Part shown: piece by piece, positions 16,413 to 25,065 of the stretch | Layout of the letters: each line of letters starts with the position of its first letter | Numbering within the stretch: the stretch's first letter is position 1 | Origin: FCB group bacterium | GTDB lineage: Bacteria > Zixibacteria > MSB-5A5 > GN15 > FEB-12 | Assembly: GCA_013151855.1 (NCBI GenBank) | Contig: JAADHM010000056.1 | Coordinates: 1-32,216 of the forward strand | Direction: 5' to 3' | DNA: 32,216 bases | Made by a program: the position numbers and the translations under genes | Notes under the pieces: model-generated | The model's database searches: none | What the model saw: only the letters and a program-made list of their open reading frames with translations | Told to the model about the DNA's origin: nothing

Positions 16413-16441
16413 TTTACAAAAAAGTAAAAAACGGCTATAAT
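16413..16441 (+). promoter_or_regulatory. Candidate sigma70-type promoter for ileS
   Basis: TTTACA (16413-16418), 17-nt spacer, perfect TATAAT (16436-16441), 35 nt upstream of the ileS ATG. The -10 box sits inside the 12-bp palindrome CTATAATTATAG. Confidence 0.45.
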
Positions 16442-16476
16442 TATAGGCTATATTAGATAATAACCGAAAAAAGACT

Positions 16477-19400
16477 ATGAAACTAAACGAATTTAAAAAC
16501 AATTTCTCCCTCCCCAAAGTTGAAGAGGAAATCCTTGCTTTCTGGGAAAACGAACAGATATTCGAGAAAGCCAAAAAAGCCGCCCAAAATAGACCCCATT
16601 TTGTTTTCTACGAAGGTCCCCCCACGGCTAACGGCAGACCCGGCATTCATCATGTTATCGCACGCACCGTCAAAGACTTAATCTGCCGCTATAAGACTAT
16701 GCAAGGGTTCCGCGTGGACCGCAAGGGCGGCTGGGACACCCACGGGCTTCCCGTAGAAATCGAAGTGGAAAAGAGTCTCAAACTCGACAGCAAAGCAAAA
16801 GTTATCGAATACGGCATTGCCAATTTCAACCAAAAATGCAAAGAGTCCGTTTTCAAATATCTCAAAGATTGGAATGAAATTACCCGCCGTATCGGCTATT
16901 GGCTTGACCTCGATGACGCCTATGTTACTTTGACCAACGAATATATCGAATCGGTCTGGTGGATTTTAAAAAACTTTTTTGACCGCGGGCTTATTTACCA
17001 AGATTATAAAACCATTCCTTATTGTCCTCGTTGCGGCACCGGCCTTTCCAGCCATGAAGTCGCTCAAGGATACGAGCTGGTAAAAGATCCGTCCATATAT
17101 ATAAAGGTTAAAGCCGCCGATGACGATTTTTATTATCTGGTCTGGACTACCACCCCGTGGACGCTTCCTTCCAATGCCGCCTTGTGTATGCGCGCAGATG
17201 CCGATTATGTATTGGTTGAATATGAAGGGGAAAAACTGGTACTGGCGCAAGCTCTGATACCGAAAGTTTTTGATTCCGAAGTGAAAGTCATCAAGCAATT
17301 TAAGGGTAAGGATTTTTTAAAAAGGAAATATATTCCTCTGTTCGACACTTTCAAAGACGATGTTGATAAAGCCTTTTTTGTTATCAATGGTGATTTCGTC
17401 ACTTTGGAAGACGGTACCGGTATTGTGCATATTGCCCCCGGTTTTGGCGCTGACGATTACGAAGTGGGCAAGGCTTTTAAACTACCCGTGTTTCAAGCGA
17501 TAGAGCCGAACGGCATTTTCAAAGATTTTGCCCGACCTTATAATGGTATGTTTATCAAAGATGCCGACCCGATTATTATTAAAGACTTAAAAAAATCAGG
17601 CGCTTTGTTCAAAAAAGAACTCTATGAGCACAACTATCCCTTCTGCTGGCGGTGTGATTCTCCATTGATTTATATCGCTCAGAAGTCGTGGTATTTGAAA
17701 ACTACCCAGTTCAAAGAACAGCTGATAAAAAACAACAACGATATTCATTGGCATCCCGATGAAATCCGCACGGGACGGATGCTCAACTGGCTGGAAAATA
17801 ATGTTGACTGGGCTCTCTCACGTGAGCGTTTTTGGGGGACACCCATACCTATCTGGATTTGTGACGACCCTAATTGCGGGAAAAAAAGGGCGGTCGGTTC
17901 CATTGAACAACTAAATCAGGAAGCCATCAATCCTCCCGATAATATCGACCTTCATAAACCGATGATGGATGAAGTCAAATTAACCTGTGAATGCGGGAGC
18001 CCCATGACCCGTATCCCGGAAGTGGTCGATGTCTGGTTCGATTCCGGCTCTATGCCCTATGCTCAATGGCATTACCCTTTTGAGAACAAAGATGAGTTCG
18101 AAAAAAAATATCCGGCGGATTTTATCAGCGAAGCCGTTGACCAAACCCGCGGCTGGTTCTACTCACTTTTGGCTATTTCCACCCTTCTGTTTAACAAGGC
18201 TCCTTTCAAGAATGTGGTTGTCTTGGAGTTTATTCTGGACAAAGAAGGTAAAAAAATGTCCAAGCATAAAGGAAATGTGGTTGACCCCTTCGAAGTGGTC
18301 AATAAATACGGCGCCGATCCACTGCGCTGGTATTTGGTGGGCACTTCCAATCCTTGGCTGCCGACTCGTTTCGATCCCGACGGTCTTGCGGAAGTGATAC
18401 GCAAATATTTTGACACCCTACGCAATACCTGTTCCTTCTTTGCCATCTATGCTAATATTGACCGCATTGCCGAACGAGCCCAAAAAGACAACGTAACGAT
18501 TGAAACTTTCTTAGAGCAAAAAGCCGGAGAGCCGGAACGTTTCGACCGCTGGATTATGTCCAAATTCCACAGCTTGATTAAAGAAACAGTGGCACATCTT
18601 GATAATTATGAAATTACCCCACCGGTAAGAGCCATTCAACATTTTGTCATTGAAGAACTTTCCAACTGGTACGTGCGCAATAATCGGCGACGTTTTTGGG
18701 CGAAGGCGGACGACAGCTCCAAAATGCGTGCTTATTTGACCCTTTATCGCATTCTAATCGGATTAAGCCAGCTTACCGCTCCGGTAACTCCTTTTCTTTC
18801 CGAATTAATCTGGAAAGAGTTGACCGGTAAAGACCGCGAAAAGTATCACCTACCCCTTTCGGTACATATATCTTCTTATCCCCAACCCGATGACAGCTTG
18901 ATTGACAAGGAGCTTGAAGAGAAAATGGATATCGTGGAAAAAATCGTATCGTTGGGACGCTCCGCTCGCTCGCGAAAGAATTTAAAAGTAAGACAGCCTT
19001 TGGCGCGTATTTTGGTTAAGTGCCCCAAGGGGATAACCTTAAATAACCTTGACGGCTTTATGGATATTGTTAAAGGAGAGTTAAATGTCAAACAGGTGGA
19101 ACCGATTGACGATTTGGAGCAATACATAACTTACACCGCTAAGCTCAATTTCAAAACAGCAGGTCCGAAACTGGGTAATAAGGTGAAAAAAGCGGCGTCA
19201 TATATCACCTCCCTTGATTCAGCAAAAATAAAAGAATTCGCCCAGACGAAAATATTAGTATTTGACATTGACTCCCAAAAGATTAACCTTACCGATGAAG
19301 ATATTACCGTCGTCAAACAAGAAAAGGAAAGTTTTGCCGTCGAAAGCGAAAGCCAGCTAAGTATTGCCTTGGATACGCAACTGGATGAAAGTTTACTCGA

Positions 19401-19677
19401 TGAAGGTTTTGCCCGCGAAATGGTCAACAAAGTACAAAATATGAGAAAAAAATCAGGTTTTGATGTGACCGACCATATCGATATCAAGATTAAAGCAACC
19501 AAAAGATTGACCGCTGCCGCTAAAAAACACAAAGATTTTATTTGTCGGGAAACGCTTGCCTCGGATTTGACTTTCGTTAACAAGGAACAGGGTGAAAGTT
19601 TTCAAGAGTGGGACATAAACGGAGAAAAAACGTTAATTGCCATAAAAAAAGATAAAAGAAAATCGGTAAACCAATGA
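16477..19677 (+). CDS. ileS: Isoleucine--tRNA ligase, type 2 (eukaryote-like) form
   Basis: 1066 aa. FVFYEGPPTANGRPGIHHV (HIGH region in the type-2 context), the CP1 editing insertion, and KMSKHKGN (KMSKS). Confidence 0.97.
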   Translation: MKLNEFKNNFSLPKVEEEILAFWENEQIFEKAKKAAQNRPHFVFYEGPPTANGRPGIHHVIARTVKDLICRYKTMQGFRVDRKGGWDTHGLPVEIEVEKSLKLDSKAKVIEYGIANFNQKCKESVFKYLKDWNEITRRIGYWLDLDDAYVTLTNEYIESVWWILKNFFDRGLIYQDYKTIPYCPRCGTGLSSHEVAQGYELVKDPSIYIKVKAADDDFYYLVWTTTPWTLPSNAALCMRADADYVLVEYEGEKLVLAQALIPKVFDSEVKVIKQFKGKDFLKRKYIPLFDTFKDDVDKAFFVINGDFVTLEDGTGIVHIAPGFGADDYEVGKAFKLPVFQAIEPNGIFKDFARPYNGMFIKDADPIIIKDLKKSGALFKKELYEHNYPFCWRCDSPLIYIAQKSWYLKTTQFKEQLIKNNNDIHWHPDEIRTGRMLNWLENNVDWALSRERFWGTPIPIWICDDPNCGKKRAVGSIEQLNQEAINPPDNIDLHKPMMDEVKLTCECGSPMTRIPEVVDVWFDSGSMPYAQWHYPFENKDEFEKKYPADFISEAVDQTRGWFYSLLAISTLLFNKAPFKNVVVLEFILDKEGKKMSKHKGNVVDPFEVVNKYGADPLRWYLVGTSNPWLPTRFDPDGLAEVIRKYFDTLRNTCSFFAIYANIDRIAERAQKDNVTIETFLEQKAGEPERFDRWIMSKFHSLIKETVAHLDNYEITPPVRAIQHFVIEELSNWYVRNNRRRFWAKADDSSKMRAYLTLYRILIGLSQLTAPVTPFLSELIWKELTGKDREKYHLPLSVHISSYPQPDDSLIDKELEEKMDIVEKIVSLGRSARSRKNLKVRQPLARILVKCPKGITLNNLDGFMDIVKGELNVKQVEPIDDLEQYITYTAKLNFKTAGPKLGNKVKKAASYITSLDSAKIKEFAQTKILVFDIDSQKINLTDEDITVVKQEKESFAVESESQLSIALDTQLDESLLDEGFAREMVNKVQNMRKKSGFDVTDHIDIKIKATKRLTAAAKKHKDFICRETLASDLTFVNKEQGESFQEWDINGEKTLIAIKKDKRKSVNQ

Positions 19678-20060
19678 AAAAATCCGATTTAAAAAAATTC
19701 AAAAAACTTCTGCTGGAGAAAAGGAAAGTCATTCTCGACGAAATGAAAGATATGAGCACCAAAACTTCGGAAACAATCCGCGAATCGACCGGTGACCTTT
19801 CTTCGTATTCTTATCACATGGCTGACCAGGGAACCGATGCTATGGAAAGAGAAATGACTTTTATGCTTTCTTCAAAATCAGGCCGGTTTTTATACCATAT
19901 CGACGAAGCCCTGCGACGTATCGACTCCGGTGAATACGGCAATTGCATGTTGTGCGGTAAACCCATTGGCCACGCTCGCTTGGAAGCAGTACCCCATGCT
20001 CGCTTCTGTATTGAATGTAAATCCGCCGAAGAGGGGAAAAAGTCTGGCAACAAAAAATAA
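19674..20060 (+). CDS. DksA/TraR-family C4 zinc-finger protein
   Basis: 128 aa. Coiled-coil N-terminal part, then CMLCGKPIGHARLEAVPHARFCIECK. The start overlaps the ileS stop as ATGA. Confidence 0.85.
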   Translation: MKKSDLKKFKKLLLEKRKVILDEMKDMSTKTSETIRESTGDLSSYSYHMADQGTDAMEREMTFMLSSKSGRFLYHIDEALRRIDSGEYGNCMLCGKPIGHARLEAVPHARFCIECKSAEEGKKSGNKK

Positions 20061-20604
20061 TAACAACCAAAAGCTACTTTTACTTTTATTTATTATCGTT
20101 ATCATAGCTGTACTTGATCAAGCAACCAAACTCCTTGCTTTACATTATCTCCCCCATCACTCCTCAGTGAAAGTACTGGGTAATTTCTTTATGCTCACCT
20201 TAGTATATAATAAAGGAGGAGCCATGGGCACCAATTTTTTATCGTCCAGTTTCTATCTTATCTTTTCTCTAATAATTTTAATATTCGTCCTGTACTACAT
20301 ATATACCAACAGTGACAAGCGAACTTTTTCCATTCCTCTGGCGATCGTTGCCGGTGGTGCTATTGGAAATATCATCGACCGCATTGTTCGAGGCAAAGTA
20401 GTTGATTTCCTTGACTTTGACTTTTTTAACATAAATATTTTCGGTTACCGAATGGATCGGTGGTGGACATTTAACTTAGCTGATGTTTTCATTAGTTGTT
20501 CCATTATTTATCTTTTGGTCATTATGTTTACTATAAAGCACAACGAAATCAATAACGAATCATCAAAAGAAAACAGCCTTTTTGAGAATGGACAATCCCA
20601 ATAA
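19996..20604 (+). CDS. lspA: Lipoprotein signal peptidase (signal peptidase II)
   Basis: LDQATKLLAL..., YNKGGAMG, GGAIGNIIDRIVRGKVVDFLDF, WWTFNLADVFI. The start is uncertain. Candidates are ATG 19996, TTG 20011, TTG 19966 and GTG 19930, all inside the dksA-like gene. Confidence 0.85.
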   Translation: MLASVLNVNPPKRGKSLATKNNNNQKLLLLLFIIVIIAVLDQATKLLALHYLPHHSSVKVLGNFFMLTLVYNKGGAMGTNFLSSSFYLIFSLIILIFVLYYIYTNSDKRTFSIPLAIVAGGAIGNIIDRIVRGKVVDFLDFDFFNINIFGYRMDRWWTFNLADVFISCSIIYLLVIMFTIKHNEINNESSKENSLFENGQSQ

Positions 20605-21148
20605 ATCCTAAACTATGTTTTTCAATAAACGTGCACTCCGTCAGTGGAAGTTACGAATATAATATGAATCTTCATTTTTGGTTTACATTAATTTTTCTTT
20701 ACCAAAACATTTCTTTATATAACAAAGATAAAGATAGGTTGATAACTGTCTGTAAATATTAAAGTTTATCGTTTTGTAAAATTAATTAGGAACCTTAAGA
20801 AAAATAATTTACTTTTCTTTGTCATATTATCTCCCTCTAAGGTGCTATCAAACAAACGGTTTAAAATTATCAAATTAATTACGCTCTCGCACTTGACGTT
20901 CTTATGCTTGTTGCCTATTTATGTTTATGAAAACGCAAAAACTCCCAAATGTTTATACGTTGTTAATAAGTGGTGTGATTAAATTAAACCTCCTTATACT
21001 ACAATAAATTACAGTAACAACTATTCTGTTTAAATGTTGATAGTATTGTTTATAAGTTATGGATTTTTTGCGCATTTTTACTAAGTTTATGGAAGTAAAA
21101 AAAATGAAAGAATTATTTATAAAAGAACTACATGGGGGATTGTAGGTT

Positions 21149-22516
21149 GTGCAAGAAAGAATAGTAAATTCACATCAATGGAATGATTGTCTTGACTACC
21201 TTTCCCGACGCGTCAAAGAACAATCATTCAAAACCTGGCTAAAACCAACGGTTGGTGAACCCGGAGAAAACGGTGAGTTTAAAATTGCCGTTCCCAATCA
21301 ATTTGTCGGTGATTGGATAAAAGACCATTTCCGAGAAGAGATAGAACAAGCTCTTTTGGAAGTTTCAGGGAAAAAATATGATTTAATCTGCATTATCAAC
21401 CATAAAGAGGAAGATAAAAATCAAACGTCTCTTAATTTTTATCAAAATTATCAGCATAACAAAGTCATCAAAACCACTCCGAATGCTTTTAATCAGCACA
21501 ATTTGAATGCCAAATATAACTTTGAGTCGTTGGTAGTTGGAGATTTTAATCAGTTTGCCTGTGCCGCCGCCGGAGCGGTTTCCGAAGCCCCCGGAATGAC
21601 CAAATATAACCCTCTTTACATATATGGAGGGACTGGTTTGGGTAAAACTCATATTATCCAAGCTATCGGACACCGTATTTTGGGAATGTTTCCCGATAAG
21701 AGAGTCTTTTATGCCACTTCGGAAAAATTTACCTCTGATTTTATTGCTTCTATTTCCAACAGCTCGGTAACAAATTTTACCCGAACTTATCGCAATGTCG
21801 ATGTGTTAATTATTGATGACATTCAATTTTTTACCGGTAAAGAGTCCACCCAAGAACAATTTTTTCATACTTTTAACACTCTTTATCATCTGGGTAAACA
21901 AATCGTATTAACTTCCGATCGTTCTCCCCGAGAAATCAAAGGGCTTGAGGAACGACTGCTCTCGCGCTTTTCGTGGGGTCTGGTTACCGATCTTCAGGCT
22001 CCCGACCTCGAAAACCGTACGGCGATATTATATAAAAAGCTCGAAACGGAGGGAACAACTCTTCCCGATGATGTTATTCATTATATCGCCGATAAAATAT
22101 GCACCAATATTCGTGAGTTGGAGGGAGCTCTTATAAGGCTTTTGGCTTATGCTTCCCTAAAAAATGAAAAAGTTAACCTTAAGCTGGCTAAAAAGGTGCT
22201 TGTCGATACCCTTTCATCTTCAAAAAAAGAATTAAAGATTGAAATTATTCAGAAAAAAACATCGGAGTATTTTGATATTGACCCCCAAATGATGAAAGCC
22301 AAGAAAAAAGTCTCCAATATCGCTTTAGCACGTCAAGTTGCTATGTACCTTTCCCGGTCACTTACCAAAAATTCGCTTAAGGTTATCGGTGAAGCATTCG
22401 GCGGTAGAGATCATTCCACTGTTATTCATGCTTGTAATTTAATTTCTAACAAGATGTCCGAAGACTCGGAACTGAAGGAAAAAATCGATAAAATATCGGC
22501 AGCGCTTCTGTATTGA
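21149..22516 (+). CDS. dnaA: Chromosomal replication initiator protein DnaA
   Basis: GTG start with GGGGGA 10 nt upstream. NFESLVVGDFNQFA, Walker A GGTGLGKTH, IDDIQFF, and C-terminal domain IV ...ARQVAMYLSRSLTKNSLKVIGEAFGGRDHSTVIHA. Confidence 0.97.
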   Translation: MQERIVNSHQWNDCLDYLSRRVKEQSFKTWLKPTVGEPGENGEFKIAVPNQFVGDWIKDHFREEIEQALLEVSGKKYDLICIINHKEEDKNQTSLNFYQNYQHNKVIKTTPNAFNQHNLNAKYNFESLVVGDFNQFACAAAGAVSEAPGMTKYNPLYIYGGTGLGKTHIIQAIGHRILGMFPDKRVFYATSEKFTSDFIASISNSSVTNFTRTYRNVDVLIIDDIQFFTGKESTQEQFFHTFNTLYHLGKQIVLTSDRSPREIKGLEERLLSRFSWGLVTDLQAPDLENRTAILYKKLETEGTTLPDDVIHYIADKICTNIRELEGALIRLLAYASLKNEKVNLKLAKKVLVDTLSSSKKELKIEIIQKKTSEYFDIDPQMMKAKKKVSNIALARQVAMYLSRSLTKNSLKVIGEAFGGRDHSTVIHACNLISNKMSEDSELKEKIDKISAALLY

Positions 22517-22797
22517 TAAGGTGTGATTTTCTATGTGGATAATTTGTAGATATATAAACTTTGACTTTTAATGTGGAAAAGATTAGTTTTATGTTAATAA
22601 TATGTAGGAAACAATGAGGATAAGTTTTAAAATATTTTCTTACTTATATTGCGTAATGATATAGGGAAAGATAAAAAAGAAATAATTATTTTCACTTTAT
22701 TAACAAATTAACATTATTTATTATTATCCTATTATATATATATAAAAGAAAATAGTAATATATTATTGTGAAAAACAACATTTGGGAGATAACATAA
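22517..22797. other. Candidate oriC module: DnaA-box cluster plus AT-rich unwinding region
   Basis: One perfect box TGTGGATAA (22534-22542). One-mismatch boxes TGTGGAAAA (22572-22580) and TGAGGATAA (22615-22623). A two-mismatch TGTGAAAAA (22767-22775). All are in the same orientation. They are followed by a very AT-rich tract at about 22680-22765 that includes an (AT)n run. Confidence 0.6.
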
Positions 22798-23910
22798 ATG
22801 AAATTCAGTTTGCCAAAATCAAGACTTAATAATTATTTGCAAAGCGTTCTTCAAGTCGTGCCAACAAAATCAACTCTTCCTATTTTGACCAACATTTTGA
22901 TTGAAGCTCTGGAGAATAAAATAAAAATTTCCGCTACGGATTTGGATATATCGATTACAACCACGATGGAAAGTAAAGTAACCAAAAAAGGTTCTGCCTC
23001 CTTGCCCGGTAAAATACTTTTTGAAATAATAAAAGAATTACCGGAAGCGGATATAAGTTTTGAAGCAACAACTCAAAGAGTGGAAATAAAAATTCCCAAC
23101 GGGTCTTACAAGATTGCTTCCGTGTCACCGGATGAATTTCCCAAACTTCCGGTTGTCAATACCAAAAAAGAGATAAAAATAAACGGCAGCGATTTAGTTA
23201 AGATGATTAGAAAGACCACTTTTGCTTGTTCCGATGACGATACTCGTCCCGCTTTAACCGGTGTTCTCTGGCAGACTAAGGGGGACAAAATGTTAATGGT
23301 GGCTACCGACGGACATCGATTGGCAAAAATGTCAGTAGAGAATAAAAAGCTAAAAGGGTTATACGATGATGTTATTATTCCCCCAAAAGTTTTAAATCTT
23401 ATCCCTCGTTTTATAAGTAGCGAAAATACGGAAGTTGGGATTATCTTTGGGGAGAATAATATTATTTTTAATCTTGGTGATGTTGTCTTAACTTCACGGC
23501 TGATTGATGGACCTTACCCGAGCTTTGAGCAAGTAATTCCGATGGACAATGATAAAAAAATGATTGTATCCAGAGAAGAACTTTTACGAGCTGTCAAAAG
23601 GATATCAATTCTTTCCAACGCTATGACTCATCAAGTTAAATTTAACGTGGGAAAGAATAAATTATTACTGTCAACGACGAATAGAGATGTTGGTGGCGAA
23701 GGGAAAGAAACTTTAGAATGTGATTATGTCGGCGATGAAATAGAGTTGGGCTACAATGCTATTTATATTAATGAAATCCTAAATAAGATTGACAGTGAAG
23801 AAGTTATTTTTGAGTTATCTTCTTCCATTGCCGCCGGTATTATTTACAGCCCCAATATTCCCAAGGAAGATTTTCTCTGTCTGATAATGCCTTTGAGATT
23901 ACAGGAATAA
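22798..23910 (+). CDS. dnaN: DNA polymerase III beta sliding clamp
   Basis: 370 aa. SD GGGAG 9 nt upstream. Three-domain clamp pattern ...PILTNILIEA...ATDLDISI...ATDGHRLA...PYPSFEQVIP...LGYNAIYINEIL. Confidence 0.97.
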   Translation: MKFSLPKSRLNNYLQSVLQVVPTKSTLPILTNILIEALENKIKISATDLDISITTTMESKVTKKGSASLPGKILFEIIKELPEADISFEATTQRVEIKIPNGSYKIASVSPDEFPKLPVVNTKKEIKINGSDLVKMIRKTTFACSDDDTRPALTGVLWQTKGDKMLMVATDGHRLAKMSVENKKLKGLYDDVIIPPKVLNLIPRFISSENTEVGIIFGENNIIFNLGDVVLTSRLIDGPYPSFEQVIPMDNDKKMIVSREELLRAVKRISILSNAMTHQVKFNVGKNKLLLSTTNRDVGGEGKETLECDYVGDEIELGYNAIYINEILNKIDSEEVIFELSSSIAAGIIYSPNIPKEDFLCLIMPLRLQE

Positions 23911-23930
23911 AGATGAAGATTGTAATTGCG

Positions 23931-23963
23931 ATGGCAGATGGTTTTACGTCTGCCATTTTTTTA
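23931..23963 (+). terminator. Rho-independent terminator after dnaN
   Basis: ATGGCAGATG-GTTTTA-CGTCTGCCAT, a 10-bp stem with one G-U pair, followed by TTTTTTT. The stem core is the same GGCAGA.G/CGTCTGCC sequence as the REP-like family. Confidence 0.7.
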
Positions 23964-23971
23964 TTTAAAAG

Positions 23972-25063
23972 ATGTACCTTAAATCAATAAAGATATCAAA
24001 TTTTCGTAATTTTACTTCCCTTAGGACAGATTTTTATCCTCGTACGAATGTATTTTTTGGTCAGAACGGTTCCGGCAAAACCAATCTCTTGGAAGCAATT
24101 TTCGTTCTATGCTTGGGGCGTTCCCATCGGTCGGCAAGCGACGCGATTATTATTAATCAGGATGCCAATTTCTACCGCATTGAAGGTGAGATAGTAAAAA
24201 AAAGTGAAGGTGTTCAATCTTTGTCCGTAGCTTTTGAAAAGGGAGGGAGAAAGAAAATTACTCTCAATAAAGTTCCTCTTAAAGTAGCCGAGTTGTATAA
24301 AAATTTTAGTGCTGTTATCGTCAATCCCGAAGATAGCAATATTATTTCCGGACCACCGTCGGTTAGGAGAACTTTCATCGATATTTACCTTGCGCAATAT
24401 TCTCAGGATTATTTAAGAACTCTGGTCGATTACCAGAAAATACTTGCCCAAAAAAATGCCGCTTTGAAAAAAGAGATAGACCCCACCCCTTTCAGCGAGT
24501 TGTTAATAGAATATGGGGTGTCGATTATGATAAAACGTATCGAGTTTTTGGAAGAGATCAAAGATGCCACTTCCGGATATTATCATCAGATATCGGGAGG
24601 GGATGATTTATGTTTTCAGTATAAACCTTCGGTGAACTTTAATGAAGGAATGGTTTCTAAGAACGATATAAAAGAAGCCTTCGAATCATGTCTTGCCAAG
24701 AATAGAGAACGCGAAAAAATAGTCAAAACTTCTTTGGTGGGTCCGCATCGGGACGAACTATATTTTTCCATTAATAATTTACCGGCAAGAGAATTTGGCT
24801 CCCAAGGAGAGTGGCGTACCGCGGCGTTATCTTTAAAAATGGCGGTTTATCATTTATTGAGAAGAAAAAGAAAGCTAAACCCGCTATTACTTTTGGATGA
24901 GATATTTGCCGAACTGGATCAAAAAAGAGCTGAGTCTTTGATGCAATCATTTGATAATTTGGGACAGTTGTTTTTAACTACGGCGGTGAAACCACCGGAA
25001 TTTTTAAAAAGAGACAGTCGCAATTATCAAATCGAGAAGGGAAAAATAATCGATATAATTTAA
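23972..25063 (+). CDS. recF: DNA replication and repair protein RecF
   Basis: ISNFRNF...FFGQNGSGKTNLLEAI (Walker A), SQGEWRTAALSLKMA (signature), LLLLDEIFAELD (Walker B). Confidence 0.95.
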   Translation: MYLKSIKISNFRNFTSLRTDFYPRTNVFFGQNGSGKTNLLEAIFVLCLGRSHRSASDAIIINQDANFYRIEGEIVKKSEGVQSLSVAFEKGGRKKITLNKVPLKVAELYKNFSAVIVNPEDSNIISGPPSVRRTFIDIYLAQYSQDYLRTLVDYQKILAQKNAALKKEIDPTPFSELLIEYGVSIMIKRIEFLEEIKDATSGYYHQISGGDDLCFQYKPSVNFNEGMVSKNDIKEAFESCLAKNREREKIVKTSLVGPHRDELYFSINNLPAREFGSQGEWRTAALSLKMAVYHLLRRKRKLNPLLLLDEIFAELDQKRAESLMQSFDNLGQLFLTTAVKPPEFLKRDSRNYQIEKGKIIDII

Positions 25064-25065
25064 TT

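Noticed and set aside
16309-16476. T-box leader upstream of ileS
   Set aside because: Only about 35 nt separate the candidate -10 box from the ATG, and there is no T-box (AANNNGGTGGNACCGCG-like) sequence.
21104-21145. 13-codon upstream ORF (MKELFIKELHGGL*) ending 3 nt before the dnaA GTG
   Set aside because: It is too short and AT-rich to separate from chance and has no SD of its own. It could be checked by conservation, but I do not call it a feature.
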